Assembly (NCBI RefSeq): GCF_001194135.2
Contig: NC_068990.1
Span: 35,955,540 to 36,019,539, forward strand
Direction: 5' to 3'
Length of the DNA stretch: 64,000 bases
Source: Octopus bimaculoides
Lineage: Eukaryota
This document shows, piece after piece, positions 14,279-28,025 of the stretch. The notes beneath the pieces were generated by a model. The model had not been told where the DNA came from. It was given only the letters and a program-made list of their open reading frames with translations, and made no database searches. Each line of letters opens with the position of its first letter. Within the stretch, counting starts at the first letter, position 1. Both the position numbers and the translations under genes were made by a program.

Positions 14279-15061
14279 AGATGAGGCAAAAATTGCTAGA
14301 TTTTTTTTAATCCAGTGTTCCGCTATTTCAGTCATCTTTTCTCTATATTCTATTAAAATAGATTTCTCTACATCTAACGACTCAACAGTTTGGATAGGAA
14401 GAATGGTAGATTAAATTTACCCCTATATTAATTTCATCACCATCAAAATCAACAAAGGCTAAGTCGTTCCGATATATTAGAACACGAAATTCCCACAAAC
14501 CAGCAAAGGGCTTTCAGCTTGACGGTTCTGTCAGCATGAAATAGCAACAAATCTCTCTCAAATGAAATCCTATCTTTTTAAACAAGGAAGATAAACTATA
14601 TAATGTAATTCGCGATACCACTAAACACACGATTGCAATGGCCGAACAGATTTTGATCATAGCTTTGCCAAATCAAGTTTAATCCGAGATCAAATAACTC
14701 AGAACATAAATTCGCTGAATTACATACTTTAATTCTTCTATGTAGCGCATTGATTTTTCTGACATTCACCACCATATTTATTTCTAATAATACGATTTCC
14801 ACTATTGGCAGAAAACCACAAATTGTGATTTCTGTTTTAGAGGGAACGTCACAAATCAGGTTAAGGTGGATGGCGATAATTTAAAACTCAGCACATGAAA
14901 GAACGAAACTAAATACCAGAGGCCTTTTGTATGTTTCTCCACCTACCCTACTGTCCACCAGTATTCTCTCTCTCTTTTTTTTTGTTTTATGGGATAAGAT
15001 TAATAACGAACGTTGTTGTCTCAATCGAACTGAAACATATAGTACACGAGAAGCGATGTAC

Positions 15062-15124
15062 TTTGGTAACAAAGGCAGACATGCTTTCGCAGTCTAATTT
15101 CAATGTTTTGCAAATGGTTGTTTC
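15062..15124 (-). CDS. Candidate 63-nt exon: ETTICKTLKLDCESMSAFVTK (phase 0), or an alternative open phase-1 frame
   Basis: Strong acceptor ttttcattctcag; donor gtacat is weak; length is a multiple of 3. Confidence 0.2.
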
Positions 15125-17469
15125 CTGAGAATGAAAATATCTGTCTACATACGACATGCAAGTCCATATCGATTTCTTGTCTGGCAATTTAATTAAAAGT
15201 CAGTCTGCATCAAATAAACGCAGGTGTTCAGCAGTAAACACTGTTTTGATTGATTCAATAATGTCCACTGTCCAAACGTCCGCAGAAAATTTTTTTTATG
15301 AGTTTATCCGACAAGTGAGTCAGGTTTGGTTGATAATTTTATATTCGATAGTGTTGTATTTCCGGAAGGCGTTGCGTTGGTAGAAATGGTAGATAGCTAG
15401 ATTAAATAACATGCAATATTTAGTTATGGCCTACTAAATTCAGGATTGGAATTTTACAGATTTAATTATTAATTTCCATCACCCTGTGGACGATAAAATT
15501 TGCACCAGTACATGAATAGTATGAATTCAATCGACTTTAAGCTTCCTCCATGGAAATATGTGGCAAGAAAGTAAAGTTATCAAATTAATATCGAATTTGT
15601 TCGACACAAAGCTTCTTTCATAAGAATGAAACTTTTGTAGTCACTTAGGTCGTCTGCAGTTTATTTCCTATTTATTGATTTGGAGAGGGGATTAAGCTTA
15701 ATGTCAAATTCTACAGTATTAGATGCCATAGGAAATCTTGACCAGTGAAATGATAATCGAACCGTATTTTCGTCATTGTTATATTTATATCATATTAGAG
15801 CCCAAAGCAAACACATAGTGAGTGCTAAAAGATGGTGACCATGACATTATTTAACATTCACATTTTTATTAATGAAATTAGAAGCGTAAATGAAGAAGGT
15901 TTTCTTGAAGTAGCATCTTACTCAGTATGGTTTCACCCTTGCAGTACACCATCAACTCTTAATTCGAAGATGCAAGTACTGTTATCTCTCTTTGACTTTT
16001 CTACTGCTACTACAGTGCGCTTTTCTCTTCGAACACGGGTATGGCTCGTTTCAATTCAAGCTCTGTGAATTCAGTCATTACTCCCTTCTTCACTGATATT
16101 GTGTCTTCAAACTCCCATCCCACATCCCAAGTTAAATACTGCACCAGTGTCTTCTACTAAACGACATCCTTTCGGAATACCCTCTCTGTTTCTTCAAAAG
16201 AACCATCATACGCGTCGTTCCCACCGGACTAAGAGCGAATGGGGGTGGTCGAGGACGCAATCCTTTTCAGATAAGGCCCATAAAGAAATGAATTTCACAA
16301 ACCTCCTCTTATATTGGTGCAAACCATCTTAATTATTTTTATCGCATGATAATTACAGTAATTAGCTATTTTATAATAATGGTTTCTATTATGATTTTGA
16401 ATTTGTGTTGCAAGACTTCTGATATCAAACCGTGTGTTGAAACAGATATTGTTATTTTCCGGGTTGATCTTTGTTTTCCTGTCAAATAAACACACGCTCA
16501 ATATATTCGTTCTTCACTCGTTTATTACTGTTCTTATTTTAATTCATGTCCTTTGTCCAGAAATCTCTCGTCACAAATGTGTGACCTCTTCAGCGACACT
16601 TTTCGTCCTCGTGTATGCTCCTGATCCGCTTAGTCCATTCTGTTCAATTTTCTATTATCTACTAGTTCTGCTGCATTCGCACTCCTCTATCAAATACCCA
16701 TCATCTCAGACTCGCAAACAATGTCAGTGTAGGTTCAGAATGAGAATACTCAATTAAACTGAGGCTAAGTACACGATCCCAGCGGTCGGATTTGTGACGT
16801 TGGCAAGAAATATCGAAAACGAGACGATAATATAAAACTATTTACTAGATGTTTGATACAAAGCAAATACAGAAAAGTAGGAGAGCAGAAGGAAGAGAAA
16901 AGAACAAGCAGTTAATGAGAAGATGGAGAAAACGGAGAAGGGACAGAATAAGAATGACAAAGAGAAGTAGGAGGAGAGAAGGAAGTGGGAAACAAGAAAA
17001 AAGAAATCTATAGGCATTGATTATGTCCACCGCGGTGTCTGAGGGATAAAACTTAATACATTTCAGCTTATAGTGGTTTCTACATCTTCCACTTTTATGT
17101 ATTTTCTGTATCAACCACTCTGTAAAAGAATTACTACCAACACTCCTACATATTAATTTTACATTTTGTTCAGCAGAACTACTTACATGTTTTACTTCGA
17201 TTTATCTCTCTCTTGTTCTGTCTCTACCGTATGTAAATGAGTATCTTGCTATAGCAGAGAAAGACAACTTATAACTATACAGCATTTACTTAGCTCCAAA
17301 GTTTGTCGCAGATATCCATTACTTTAATCCTTGTTTTCCATACATAAATATATCTCTCTGTTCTTCATCTACACACAACAGAACACTTGGGTCCCTCTGA
17401 ACTAATGACCCCTTCGTTGCTTTTTCGTCCCATGACAGTACTGTTGAACACGAATATACAATTAATCTA

Positions 17470-17677
17470 GTTTTCGTTTCTCATTGTGTTTAACTTTTTT
17501 TTTTATATCCTGTACCCATATATGCATGTATGTATACATATAGATGTAGGTATATACATACATGTATGGATTTATGCTTATATCTATATAATATTTATAT
17601 TATAATATCATCAAACGCCACGCATCCTTTTCGGAGTAAATTTTATCTTAATGATTACAATGCGCACTCTTCTACTC

Positions 17678-17761
<84 letters not shown>

Positions 17762-18189
17762 TATCTCTCTCTCACTCTCTCTCTCTCTCTCTCTCTTGGA
17801 CTTCATCCTTCCTGTTTTTCTTTCCCACCCTTTCCTTATTCGTCTCTCCCTTTCCCCGTACACCCTCTCTCTCTCTCTCACTCCTCCTCTTCCTCCTTGA
17901 TTCTCTCGTCACTGACACGTGACGAAAGGGGTTCTTTCTTTCTGCCCACTGGTCTTCCTAAAGAAACGCGGAGTAGATGGAACAACTGGCGAAGGGATAT
18001 ACTCTTTATGTTGCATGTCACGTTTCTCTGTGTTTTGTCGTTGTTCGAAAAAAGTTTGTTTTCTGTTTTCGTTTCTCATTGTGTTTAACTTTTTTTTTAT
18101 GCTCTGTACCCATATATGCATATATGTATACTAATAGATGTAGGTATGTACATATATGTATGGATATATGCATATATCTCTATATTATT

Positions 18190-18195
<6 letters not shown>
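17470..18195 (+). repeat. ~130-bp direct repeat (17470-17600 and 18065-18195) flanking a (CT)n-containing core
   Basis: Both copies read gttttcgtttctcattgtgtttaacttttttt...ctgtacccatatatgcat.tatgtatac...atagatgtaggtat...gtatggat.tatgc.tatatct. Confidence 0.85.
17672..17796. repeat. (CT)n microsatellite
   Basis: Read directly from the sequence. Confidence 0.95.
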
Positions 18196-18234
<39 letters not shown>

Positions 18235-19006
18235 TGCATACGTGTTTATATAAATATATCAATTCGGAGCAAATACACACTAAGTATGTGTACCTGCTGG
18301 AAATAACAGTCAAAACTCTTATTTTGGCGATTTTAATAATAGTTTTGACTATTATTTCCAGCAGGTAAAATTCACTCCAGCAGTTAAAATATATTGCAAA
18401 CATATTTGAACTAACTTAAAAATACATAATTGATAGTTTCCATACATCATCCTGAAATGCGCCTAAACACATAATCAGTGATATTTCCTTAGGTCATTAG
18501 GTGCTTCAGGTATTTCAACATTAGACGTATACATAAGCATATTAATGCATAATATATGCATATATATTTATTTAAACATGTCAAAACTCTCTTAAATCAC
18601 TCTCTACCTAAGACACCTGGTAATAAATAACCCAGAGTTATATAATGCAAGTAAGTTATACCTAAAATGTGGGTTAGGAACAGCTTAAATGCCTTTAATT
18701 AGATTTTCGTTTAATCGGGCTTGAAGCAGGTCTTAACAGCAACAACAAACTCAAGGTTGTGAACTGAGACAGGAAAGATAATTGACAAACGACATACATA
18801 CCCGAAGAATGAGTATAATGGTGATAGAATGAAATATAGATAGGAAAATACTTAGTTGCGAGTACCACCATCACCACCATCTTAATAACTCCTACATCCT
18901 CTCCAATGGCAACACCTGAATCATAACTACAATTAACAAATGAAACCTAAGAATATATAAGTATGTGAAGGGCATTGGGAAAAAGATGTATAACAAATGC
19001 ATATAT

Positions 19007-19603
19007 AGGCGCAGGAGTGGCTGTGTGGTAAGTAGCTTGCTTACCAACTACATGGCTTCGGGTTCATTCCCACTGCGTGGCATCTTGGGCAAGTGTCTTC
19101 TACTATAGCCTCGGGCCGACCAAAGCCTTGTGAGTGGATTTGGTAGACGGAAACTGAAAGAAGCCCGTNNNNNNNNNNNNNNNNNNNNNNNNNNNNNNNN
19201 NNNNNNNNNNNNNNNNNNNNNNNNNNNNNNNNNNNNNNNNNNNNNNNNNNNNNNNNNNNNNNNNNNNNNNNNNNNNNNNNNNNNNNNNNNNNNNNNNNNN
19301 NNNNNNNNNNNNNNNNNNNNNNNNNNNNNNNNNNNNNNNNNNNNNNNNNNNNNNNNNNNNNNNNNNNNNNNNNNNNNNNNNNNNNNNNNNNNNNNNNNNN
19401 NNNNNNNNNNNNNNNNNNNNNNNNNNNNNNNNNNNNNNNNNNNNNNNNNNNNNNNNNNNNNNNNNNNNNNNNNNNNNNNNNNNNNNNNNNNNNNNNNNNN
19501 NNNNNNNNNNNNNNNNNNNNNNNNNAGTCCTGGGGTCGATTTGCTCGACTAAATGCGGTGCTTCAGCATGGCCGCAGTCAAATGACTGAAACAAGTAAAA
19601 GAG
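19007..19603 (+). mobile_element. SINE family A, both ends present, with an assembly gap (19169-19525) in the middle
   Basis: Head ggcgcaggagtggctgtgtggtaagtagcttgc...gggttcattccc has A/B-box-like motifs; tail ...gcagtcaaatgactgaaacaagtaaaagag; collinear with the copy at 49852-50308. Confidence 0.9.
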
Positions 19604-19632
19604 TATATATGAGTGTTTGTGTGTATGTGTGT

Positions 19633-19676
<44 letters not shown>

Positions 19677-20353
19677 TAGAGAGAATAATTGTGTGTGTGT
19701 ATACGAGAGATAATGTGTGAAAGGGATGGCGCCACGAAGCAAACAGACAGATAGTGACACAAAGTGAGTGAGTGAGTGAGTGAATGAGTGAGTGAGTGAA
19801 GTGAGTGAAGTGAAGTGAGTGAGTGAGTGAAGAGTAACAATGGCAATATCAAAAATGTCAAATTCTGGCATGAAAAATACAAAATTTATAAACAAAATAA
19901 TTTTAAAAAACATGAAGTACTATTGTTTATAACAATTGCAAATCGAAACAATAGTAATGAAATAAGTGAAACATTATTTAATTAAAACCTACATTAGACC
20001 ATGTTCTTGTTTGGATTAAACATGTATGTGCGTGTGTGTGTGTGTGGGTCGAGGAAGAGAACTGTATCTAAATATAAAGAATACAACAGATTGTCAACTA
20101 ATATCTTATCTAGAAAGAATTATTTCATGTTTAGTTGAGTATATCATATAACAATATGTGAAGATTCTAATTATATTATACGCCAATGTACTGCAATTGT
20201 AATTCAATTATGTATTATGTATTATATAATTGGAGGTGGTCGGTAGAGACTAAAATCTGTAAAGAATATGCGTGCATGTTAATACATACACATGCACAAA
20301 GATGTACATACATATATGTATACATGCACTTATGTATATATACATGTGTGTGA

Positions 20354-20422
<69 letters not shown>

Positions 20423-20460
20423 AGTATATATATACATATATATATGTGTGNNNNNNNNNN

Positions 20461-20496
<36 letters not shown>

Positions 20497-20699
20497 CGCA
20501 CACACAAATATGTCTGTTTGTATGTGTGTGCACATACATCATTCTATACACTGATATCTTCCAAAATAATAATAATAAACTTTATAGAGTTCAGACTGTT
20601 ATTAAGAATATTTAGTAATCATGAAGTCCTAAACTAAAATGTATTCCTATTTTCTGATAAAATTTAATACAATTCAACCTATAGCGTCGACGAACTCTT

Positions 20700-20830
20700 A
20701 AGATTCCTAAGAATGTTGGATAGAATGTCGTACGGTATATGTCTAAATTTTAAGTGATCTGAGTTCAAATCCTACCAAGATGAACTTCACCTTTCATTTT
20801 TCCGAGTTCGATAAAACAACATGTTTATTC
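20700..20830 (+). mobile_element. Degenerate SINE family B
   Basis: gatctgagttcaaatcctaccaagatgaacttcacctttcatttttccgagttcgataaaa resembles the family B core. Confidence 0.55.
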
Positions 20831-22985
20831 CGAGCATCGGATTGCATAATTGTAAAGAATTCGGCCAGATAGTTACAGTACTTGTTCCAGCTCTTTGCGC
20901 TCTGGTTTCAAATCCCACTACGGAATACTAGGATGTTAGATTTCATTTATAACCTGATTTAACTTAAGTTCATTAGTTATGTTTAGCAGATCGATTTTCT
21001 TGTAAGCACGAAGACCAGGACTCTAGTCTGAAAACATCCTCCTCCTTCCCAACCACATTTTTGTAGAGTGTAATATGCCCTACTTTTTCTTCGACTAAAA
21101 TTTGAAGAAAAAAAAAAGGAAGAATTTATCTCAAATTAAAGGAATGCTGGCGTATAAACCTATAATAATAGGGTTAGAATATGTATTTTGTTGTATGAAT
21201 GTTGTGTAGCTTTAGCATAAAAAAGTATGGATAACAGGACGGACGGTATACCACTCTGAGAATTACAAATTGTGGATGCATTGTAATTGCAGTTAAAAAA
21301 TCTTGGAATCCTTACAGTAACTTGCTTGCTAGTACTTTGTGTTCCTTTGTTTCATTCTTTAGGTAGAGTTGAGAATTTATTGATATGGGTATAGAACGGA
21401 TATTGGAGTCACTAGCTTTTCTGACTTCGACATTACTAAGATAATATGTACTACTGTTTTTTTTTTGTTCCTTTTATTGTTGACACCATCAAGTATTTTG
21501 TGTCAGACTTTTGAGTAGCCTGATGGTTTAATGTAGTGGTTAATATACATGCAGCAAGAGGGATGGTATGTGTGGTAGTGATGTCAAGGATTAGCATCGA
21601 ATAATGACTTGCAGGGGTTTTGGTTGTGATCTAACATGTTTTATAATTTTGCCCAGCTTCCAGATGTTTTAGTAATTTAATATTGGTACCGTTAGGTATA
21701 AAGACAGCTGAGTTCAATAATTCTTTCACACCCAAGACGTTTCAGGTGTATATATCTTATTTTCTATTGTGGATTTTGCCATTTCTAATATTGTTTAAAG
21801 CATAAATCTACTTTCAGTGGGGATTTTTCTCACCACTTCAAAAAAATCTAATGTTGTTACTCCTTTGTTTCGGTGATACATTTGTGGCCTTCCACCTAAA
21901 TAACTACCATTAATTGACATTTAAGCTGTTCTATTCAGATGGTAATTCGTTACTGCATCAAATAGAAATTAAGAATGAAAAGAAATTAAAATATATCTAA
22001 TGATAAAGTGTAATATATTTAAATGATATTATATTGCATCTGAAACGAATTCCATTCAATCTGATAAAATATTTTAAAATTCAACGTCATTACAACAGAC
22101 AAGAATGAATATAAAAAACAAAGCAATAATTTTTAAAACGGAGAAAATTTGTAAGGAAATGGAATAAAATTGAATGAAATACATTAGTGTTTGAAACAAA
22201 TTTAAATTGCAGTAAATTAGAAATACAATTTTAATTATAAACGATGTCATAAATAATTCGAATAATTATAGTAATCGATGCAAAATACACACTTCTGGTT
22301 AGTTTAGTATGTCTAACTAAATATCAGTTACCAATGATCCAGAGAGAAAGATTCTACGTGGTTACTGATGCTGCTAAAATTAACAGGGAAAAATTCTTCA
22401 AATAACACGCTAACCTGTTTTAAAATTTCAGTAACACGCTCGGGAATTTACCTTGACCTTCATTATGCTCCAAAGAAAAAAGAAATATGAGATTGTAACG
22501 ATTAGAATTCACTTGGTCCTTGTTTGTTCAATCAATGCCATTTTATGATTTAAAAAAAAATTGAAATATGTTTCCTGATTCATGAAGAAGTACTAAGGGC
22601 TCTGAGGATTTTATAGCTTTTTAAGGTGGCTTCTTAGCTATAGATTTACAAATTAATTTGATGTGATAAATGTTTAAAACTTGCTTTATTTTACTTGATA
22701 ATCCTGAATACACTCTTCTCTCTTATCGCACGATAATTAAACCGAGAAGTGTGAAATTTAGCTTGCAAGTCTTACAAAACATCATGACAACACAAATTCA
22801 ATTTCCTTTTGTCTCATGGACTTCATCACACTTAGTTTTTGTTTTTTAACACACTATCACTTTGTTGCAATATATGAGAGTAGATGAAGTAGATGAACGG
22901 GTTAAATATGACAAGAACACAAGAGGTAAATAAATAGGATTTTTAGTTGAGAGGAGAAGGACCGTTGCAAAATTAGCTGAGTTAC

Positions 22986-23105
22986 AGGCATCTTCGGCAT
23001 CACTTCGTCTGACAGAAATAACACAAAATCTCTCACAATTTTCTCCATACTATCATTGCCTAATGTCATCCAGGACATTTTATTTGCCACCATTTTAAGT
23101 GGAAT
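22986..23105 (-). CDS. Candidate 120-nt exon (phase 0 to 0): IPLKMVANKMSWMTLGNDSMEKIVRDFVLFLSDEVMPKMP
   Basis: Acceptor tcactgcag and donor gtaact; only one frame is open; overlaps ORF 22902-23093. Confidence 0.28.
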
Positions 23106-23775
23106 CTGCAGTGATGCAACTATAGATAAGTAACGTTACCCTCTAATCTTCAACTTCACAATATTATCGACGTCTGATGCTTTAGATTAACCTTACCATA
23201 CTTATACATATAGTGTGCGTTAAATCTCTCCTTGACACCCGAACACAAACTTTGTTAGAACTCTAATCATATATATAGAAGAAACAATGCAATAAATAGT
23301 TTGTTAGTTATTTCAAACGACAATGTGACTAAATAAGAAAGTAATATTAACTGTACTTAAGCTAAAAGGTTCCAAAAGATTCTGAATTTAAATAATTCTC
23401 AATCTGAAGCTACGATTAATTAGACAATATAATTGAGATTGAATGTAAATGACAAAACAAAAAATCGAAAAACATTGAAAATCTCCAATAACTTCACTCA
23501 TTTAAAGATCTCGGTTCTAATGAGTCTAAAGTAAAATACATTAAAGCAACAATGAATATCAATTTAGTCGCTGTGAATTAAAATTTTCTTGAGTCTAAAT
23601 TGAAATTAATGAAAATGATAATGGAGTTGATATAATGATAATATGCCTTGAGTTTTTTCATACTAACCTAAATCTGCAGGTTTCTCTTACTATACTTTGA
23701 ATTCATAGAATGACAAGAGTTAACAAAAGGATTAGAGCACCGACATAATTTTTTTATTATATATATAGTTTACTC

Positions 23776-23970
23776 TTGCAGTGTGGAAGATGTTTATAAG
23801 CCATTTAAGAACACACAAAAAAACCGTTAGATTCACTTCAACATTGAATTTAATTTGTGCCAAATTATTTTCGTCGCTTTAAAACCGCGACCTGTTCACT
23901 GACAAAATTTCGTGATGCAGCACGAAGGTTTTGAGTGTTCTCAACTGGCTTATAAACATCTATGCTGCAA
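23776..23970. mobile_element. MITE-like element, ~195 bp, with ~35-bp imperfect terminal inverted repeats
   Basis: Left end ttgcagtgtggaagatgtttataagccatttaagaacac; reverse complement of right end ttgcagcatagatgtttataagccagttgagaacac; no coding capacity. Confidence 0.75.
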
Positions 23971-24353
23971 TTCTTTTTGTTTCAGCACACAATCTCAGAT
24001 CAGGTCACTCCGTACATCTACATCTCCGTAATGATTTACTCTTTTTTATATATATTCTATGACGTCTACCTCGACATTCCATGCTTCTCAGTCGATGAAA
24101 CATATTGCAGTAGCTTCATCAATATTAAAACTTTTTATAAATTTATACCTGTGTGATAATTATATCAAATATTTACTGCACTCATATGGTGTAGAGATCC
24201 ATTAAATACTTGTAATTCAGTGATGTACACTAATTCACTTTACACTGCAAGTGTAAATGTCGTTGCTTCATCTTACATCAGAAATTGTGTTATAGCCGAA
24301 ATGCGAGTAAGTTTGTTTTCAGTCACACTGGCTGATAAATTTTGTCTTGTATG

Positions 24354-24354
<1 letters not shown>

Positions 24355-24417
<63 letters not shown>

Positions 24418-24456
24418 TACTACTACTGCTACTACTACTACTACTACTACTACTAC

Positions 24457-24516
<60 letters not shown>
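24355..24516. repeat. Compound (TAC)n-(TAA)n microsatellite
   Basis: Read directly from the sequence. Confidence 0.95.
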
Positions 24517-25245
24517 GGCAGGATGATTTTCACGATGGACTCGGTTGATAAATGGAGCTGTCCTACACTCATCAACAGCTGTTCGTCAAAGCTCTACAAG
24601 TCAGTAATGCCGGGACACGGGACGCTTGCATGCAGGACGGTTTCATCGCCCGCTGCACATCTCAGACAGACCCGTCTGACAGCACTTCGTGTCTGTAGAG
24701 CTTGTCTCGAACCGGAGGAGTTCTCCGGTACCACTGTCAGCTTATGGATTTGTGGAAATTATCCACGGACCTCGGCCCAAAAGTTCCCCCGGAAGTCCTA
24801 ACTGATTCCTCCCAATGCCCAGAGTTTCACCGAGGACGTTGGTACTCTTTTCCGTCAACAATCTCTTATAGAACTCCATTGTGGAACTTCTATTAACCGC
24901 ATTGCCTGACTGGCAGAAGGGTGTGAGCTCTTGCCAATACCCAAGGTGCCAAGCTTCCTTTCTCGGTTGTTGCTTGATCCAGGACAGTAGCTCCGTTAAT
25001 GAGACGAGTTGCGGAAAATTCTGTTTGGTAAATGGCAACCACACTCACTCACCATTAAGAAAACGCTGGAGATGTCGCAGTCTCGACGTATCTCAACGCA
25101 TGTCTGCGAATCATTACCCACGCCATGCCTAGTCCTCCGCTCAGAGGCTGTTGACAGCAGATGCACCGTCTGACGAGTAGAACACGTCCCTTCCTCAGAA
25201 AGTGGAAGAGCAAGTGCTCCAGCTTGATCAGCCACGAAGCAAGGA
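24517..25245 (-). mobile_element. Tx1-like (L1 clade) retrotransposon, post-RT and zinc-finger C-terminal part, decayed
   Basis: Minus-strand frames give SWLIKLEHLLFHFLRKGRVLLVRRCICCQQPLSGGLGMAWVMIRRHALR, FPQLVSLTELLSWIKQQPR, PVRDKLYRH and CLRCAAGDETVLHA (zf-RVT-like CxxC..E..H), with frameshifts. Confidence 0.85.
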
Positions 25246-26631
25246 AGGGACTGTGGGGAAAGATATGGAGTGATGAGAAGGCGTACAATGAAAATTCAAA
25301 TTGGATTAGACGCCCAGAAGAATCCTACCAAGAACAAGAGTGGGAAAATATCCCCAAAACAAACCTAAAGATGAAACTCACGAAGGCTCATAAATGGAAA
25401 TCCCGCATTAAAGATACAATGCCAATTTTGTTGCTATCGTGCGCACAGGAACAGTTAGTTTAGATGTTCAATAAATTATGAGAGATCCTAAGAAAATATC
25501 TGACTGATTAGTAAATGGTATTATTTACATACTCCTAACGAATAATGAAACCAAAGTTCAAGAGCCTACCCACCCGCGTCTATTCTTGTGGGGGAAAACA
25601 TGGATTTTAGGAACAGAAGTATATATTTCCCAATGAAGAAAAACGGTGCCCACAAGGCTTATATGGATGCAAAGATGAACTGGTAATTAATTGTATGATC
25701 CCTGAAAACTGTCACAAGCACAGAAATCTCAGTTCCGCATGGATTGATTAAAAAATGGCTTTCAGCAGCATGCCACAATCGCAAGACATCTTCAAAACTT
25801 CTCCCGTAATTTCAAATTTTCTGAAGCATGATATATTATTGTGGAATAAGAATTTCCAATTGCATCACTCTAATGAAATACTAGCTTCAAACAACATTAG
25901 CATCAAATATAGCATTTACCACCCAATTTGACCTCTAATCTTTGGCATAGCTCTAATACTCACGTCAGGCGAACTTAATTGAACAGTATATGGGCATAAA
26001 ATTGAGAAACAGAAAATAAGCCATCTGTTTTAAGAGGATGTCTTAAAATTCTACAGCAAAGACAATGATGAGCTTGAATGCATTCAATAATGCATTCAAC
26101 AATGATATCAAGATAGAGTTTGGGCTTGATAATCGTGTCATGGCCACTATCCAGAAAGAGAAATTGAAGACTTCAAATTCAGTCGTGTTAGATGTCGACA
26201 GAGTTATAAAAGTACTTGAATAGAAACTAACCTACAAATACCCAGATTTAAATGAAAGCTCTGGCATTCAGCATACAGTCATGAAAGAGAAACATGAGTG
26301 AAGAATATTACAAGAGACTTGAAGCAGTTCAGAAATTTGAGCTAAATACACGTAACAAGGTGTTAGCTATAAACATCCTTAGCAATTCCAATTATTACTT
26401 CGAGCTTCAATGTGTTGAAATGAAATATCATTGAAGTAAAGAACATTAATAGAAAAATACGCAGGCTGCTGACTTTTAAGAAGACGTGCCTCCCAAAGGC
26501 AGACGTGGATCCATTTTTACTCTCCCAGAGCCCCAGGAGGTCAGAGTTTGATCCAATTTGAACTCTCTTCCAAAACCACTACAGTGGACCTGCCAAATAA
26601 ATATTTTCAAACAACTAACGACTGGATGCTA
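25246..26631 (+). mobile_element. Dong/R4-clade non-LTR retrotransposon, decayed RT region truncated at both ends
   Basis: LWGKIWSDEKAYNENSNWI...EQEWENI...LTKAHKWKS, YGCKDELVINCMIPENCHKHRNLSSAWID*KMAFSSMP, SHLF*EDVLKFY (cf. YMDDLKLY), DIKIEFGLD, LPKADVD, GGQSLIQFELSSKTT. Many stops and frameshifts. Confidence 0.85.
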
Positions 26632-27584
26632 AGAAAAAGAAGAAGAAGAAGAAGAAGAATAACACGAAGCCAACAATTTTTTCAGACGCTCGCACGACTC
26701 CGCCAGCTTGCTATCTTACATTTTTTATTCGTTGTGAAACGAGATCATCATAGAAACAAGGTAATAATGTGATAAAGCTGTGTGGCTTTGCTTTAAAAAG
26801 TGTCTTAACATGCTTTATCTAATATGCACACCCTCATTTTGAAACGGCAGTGAATGATTTGAATAATTTGTAGATGATTTTTCAAAGAACTTTACCGACC
26901 CCCAGTATGTATGTAAGACTTAAACAATTCCTTTTTTTAATTTTATAACACACATCTGTATGCAAGTAAGAGGCATATACAAATAGAAAGGTGTCTTTGG
27001 TATACTAATCACTTCCTTTTAAAGCATGCATTTACATCCAACATAAAAGACATATACAAGGAGAGTTGCGCTTTTCGTAATGAGTTGCTTCATAGTGACA
27101 CCTTTTGCGAAAAAGAAAATGACACAGACAAGGACACATAAAAAAAAAATGGAGGTTTACGACGTTAAACAAGTGAATTCTTTTTTCAAAATCTATTTGT
27201 ATATACCGTAACAGACAGCTAAATTAGAGTTTCGCATTCAGTAAATGACTTCTTTTTTTTTATATTGACGCACACTTCAATTAGACATAGGTTCGAGTAC
27301 AATTAAGTATTCGTTAAATAACTCCCTTTTTGGTAACACATTTTCAACGTTAAAATATAGGTATAATTAACTGTGCATGAGAGAAACCGCTTGAATTTGT
27401 AACATTTTTGTATGAAACGAAAAGACATCTACAAATAGAAGTGTGTGCCCTCTAAGCAATTCCTCTCTTTCTTACTCGTGTATATATGTATGTACAAGTA
27501 AAAGGCACATACTAATGGAAGTAATGATATAACAGTTTTGACAGTTCCAACGATCTATCGACTGAATGGATGTAGAATATTTAC

Positions 27585-27670
27585 GATTTAATTTCCTTTA
27601 ACCGTGATGGCAATGGCTGCGAAATTGCAGTCAAATAATATTCACTTTGACCTACAGTTGAAACTTCAAG
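27585..27670 (-). CDS. Candidate exon (phase 0 to 2): LEVSTVGQSEYYLTAISQPLPSRLKEIK
   Basis: Strong acceptor tttctttttcag and donor gtaaat; only the phase-0 frame is open. Confidence 0.28.
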
Positions 27671-27986
27671 CTGAAAAAGAAATCCGTCATATATGCACAG
27701 ACATACATATACATAAATAACAGTGAGTAGAGAACACACACACACACACATACACACATACACACACACACTAACACACTCACTTACACATACTTGCACA
27801 TGCCCATACACGAATGCACGCCTACTTATATACGTATGTAGAATTGTATGTGTGTGTGCACGTACACATACACACATTCGCATACACACAAATCTATATA
27901 NNNNNNNNNNNNNNNNNNNNNNNNNNNNNNNNNNNNNNNNNNNNNNNNNNNNNNNNNNNNNNNNNNNNATATATATATATATATAT

Positions 27987-28025
<39 letters not shown>

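Noticed and set aside
19007-19090. tRNA-like sequences (also at 52320-52385 and 61010-61095)
   Set aside because: They are SINE heads that continue into a repeated body; no complete cloverleaf is evident.
21150-21900. Possible Penelope or LINE coding remnant on the minus strand
   Set aside because: No motif could be aligned convincingly by eye.
24220-24548. Poly-Y/L/I ORFs (and poly-C, poly-S, poly-N ORFs at 30.4, 47.0 and 60.0 kb)
   Set aside because: Trinucleotide microsatellites that lack stops in some frames; no flanking coding signal.
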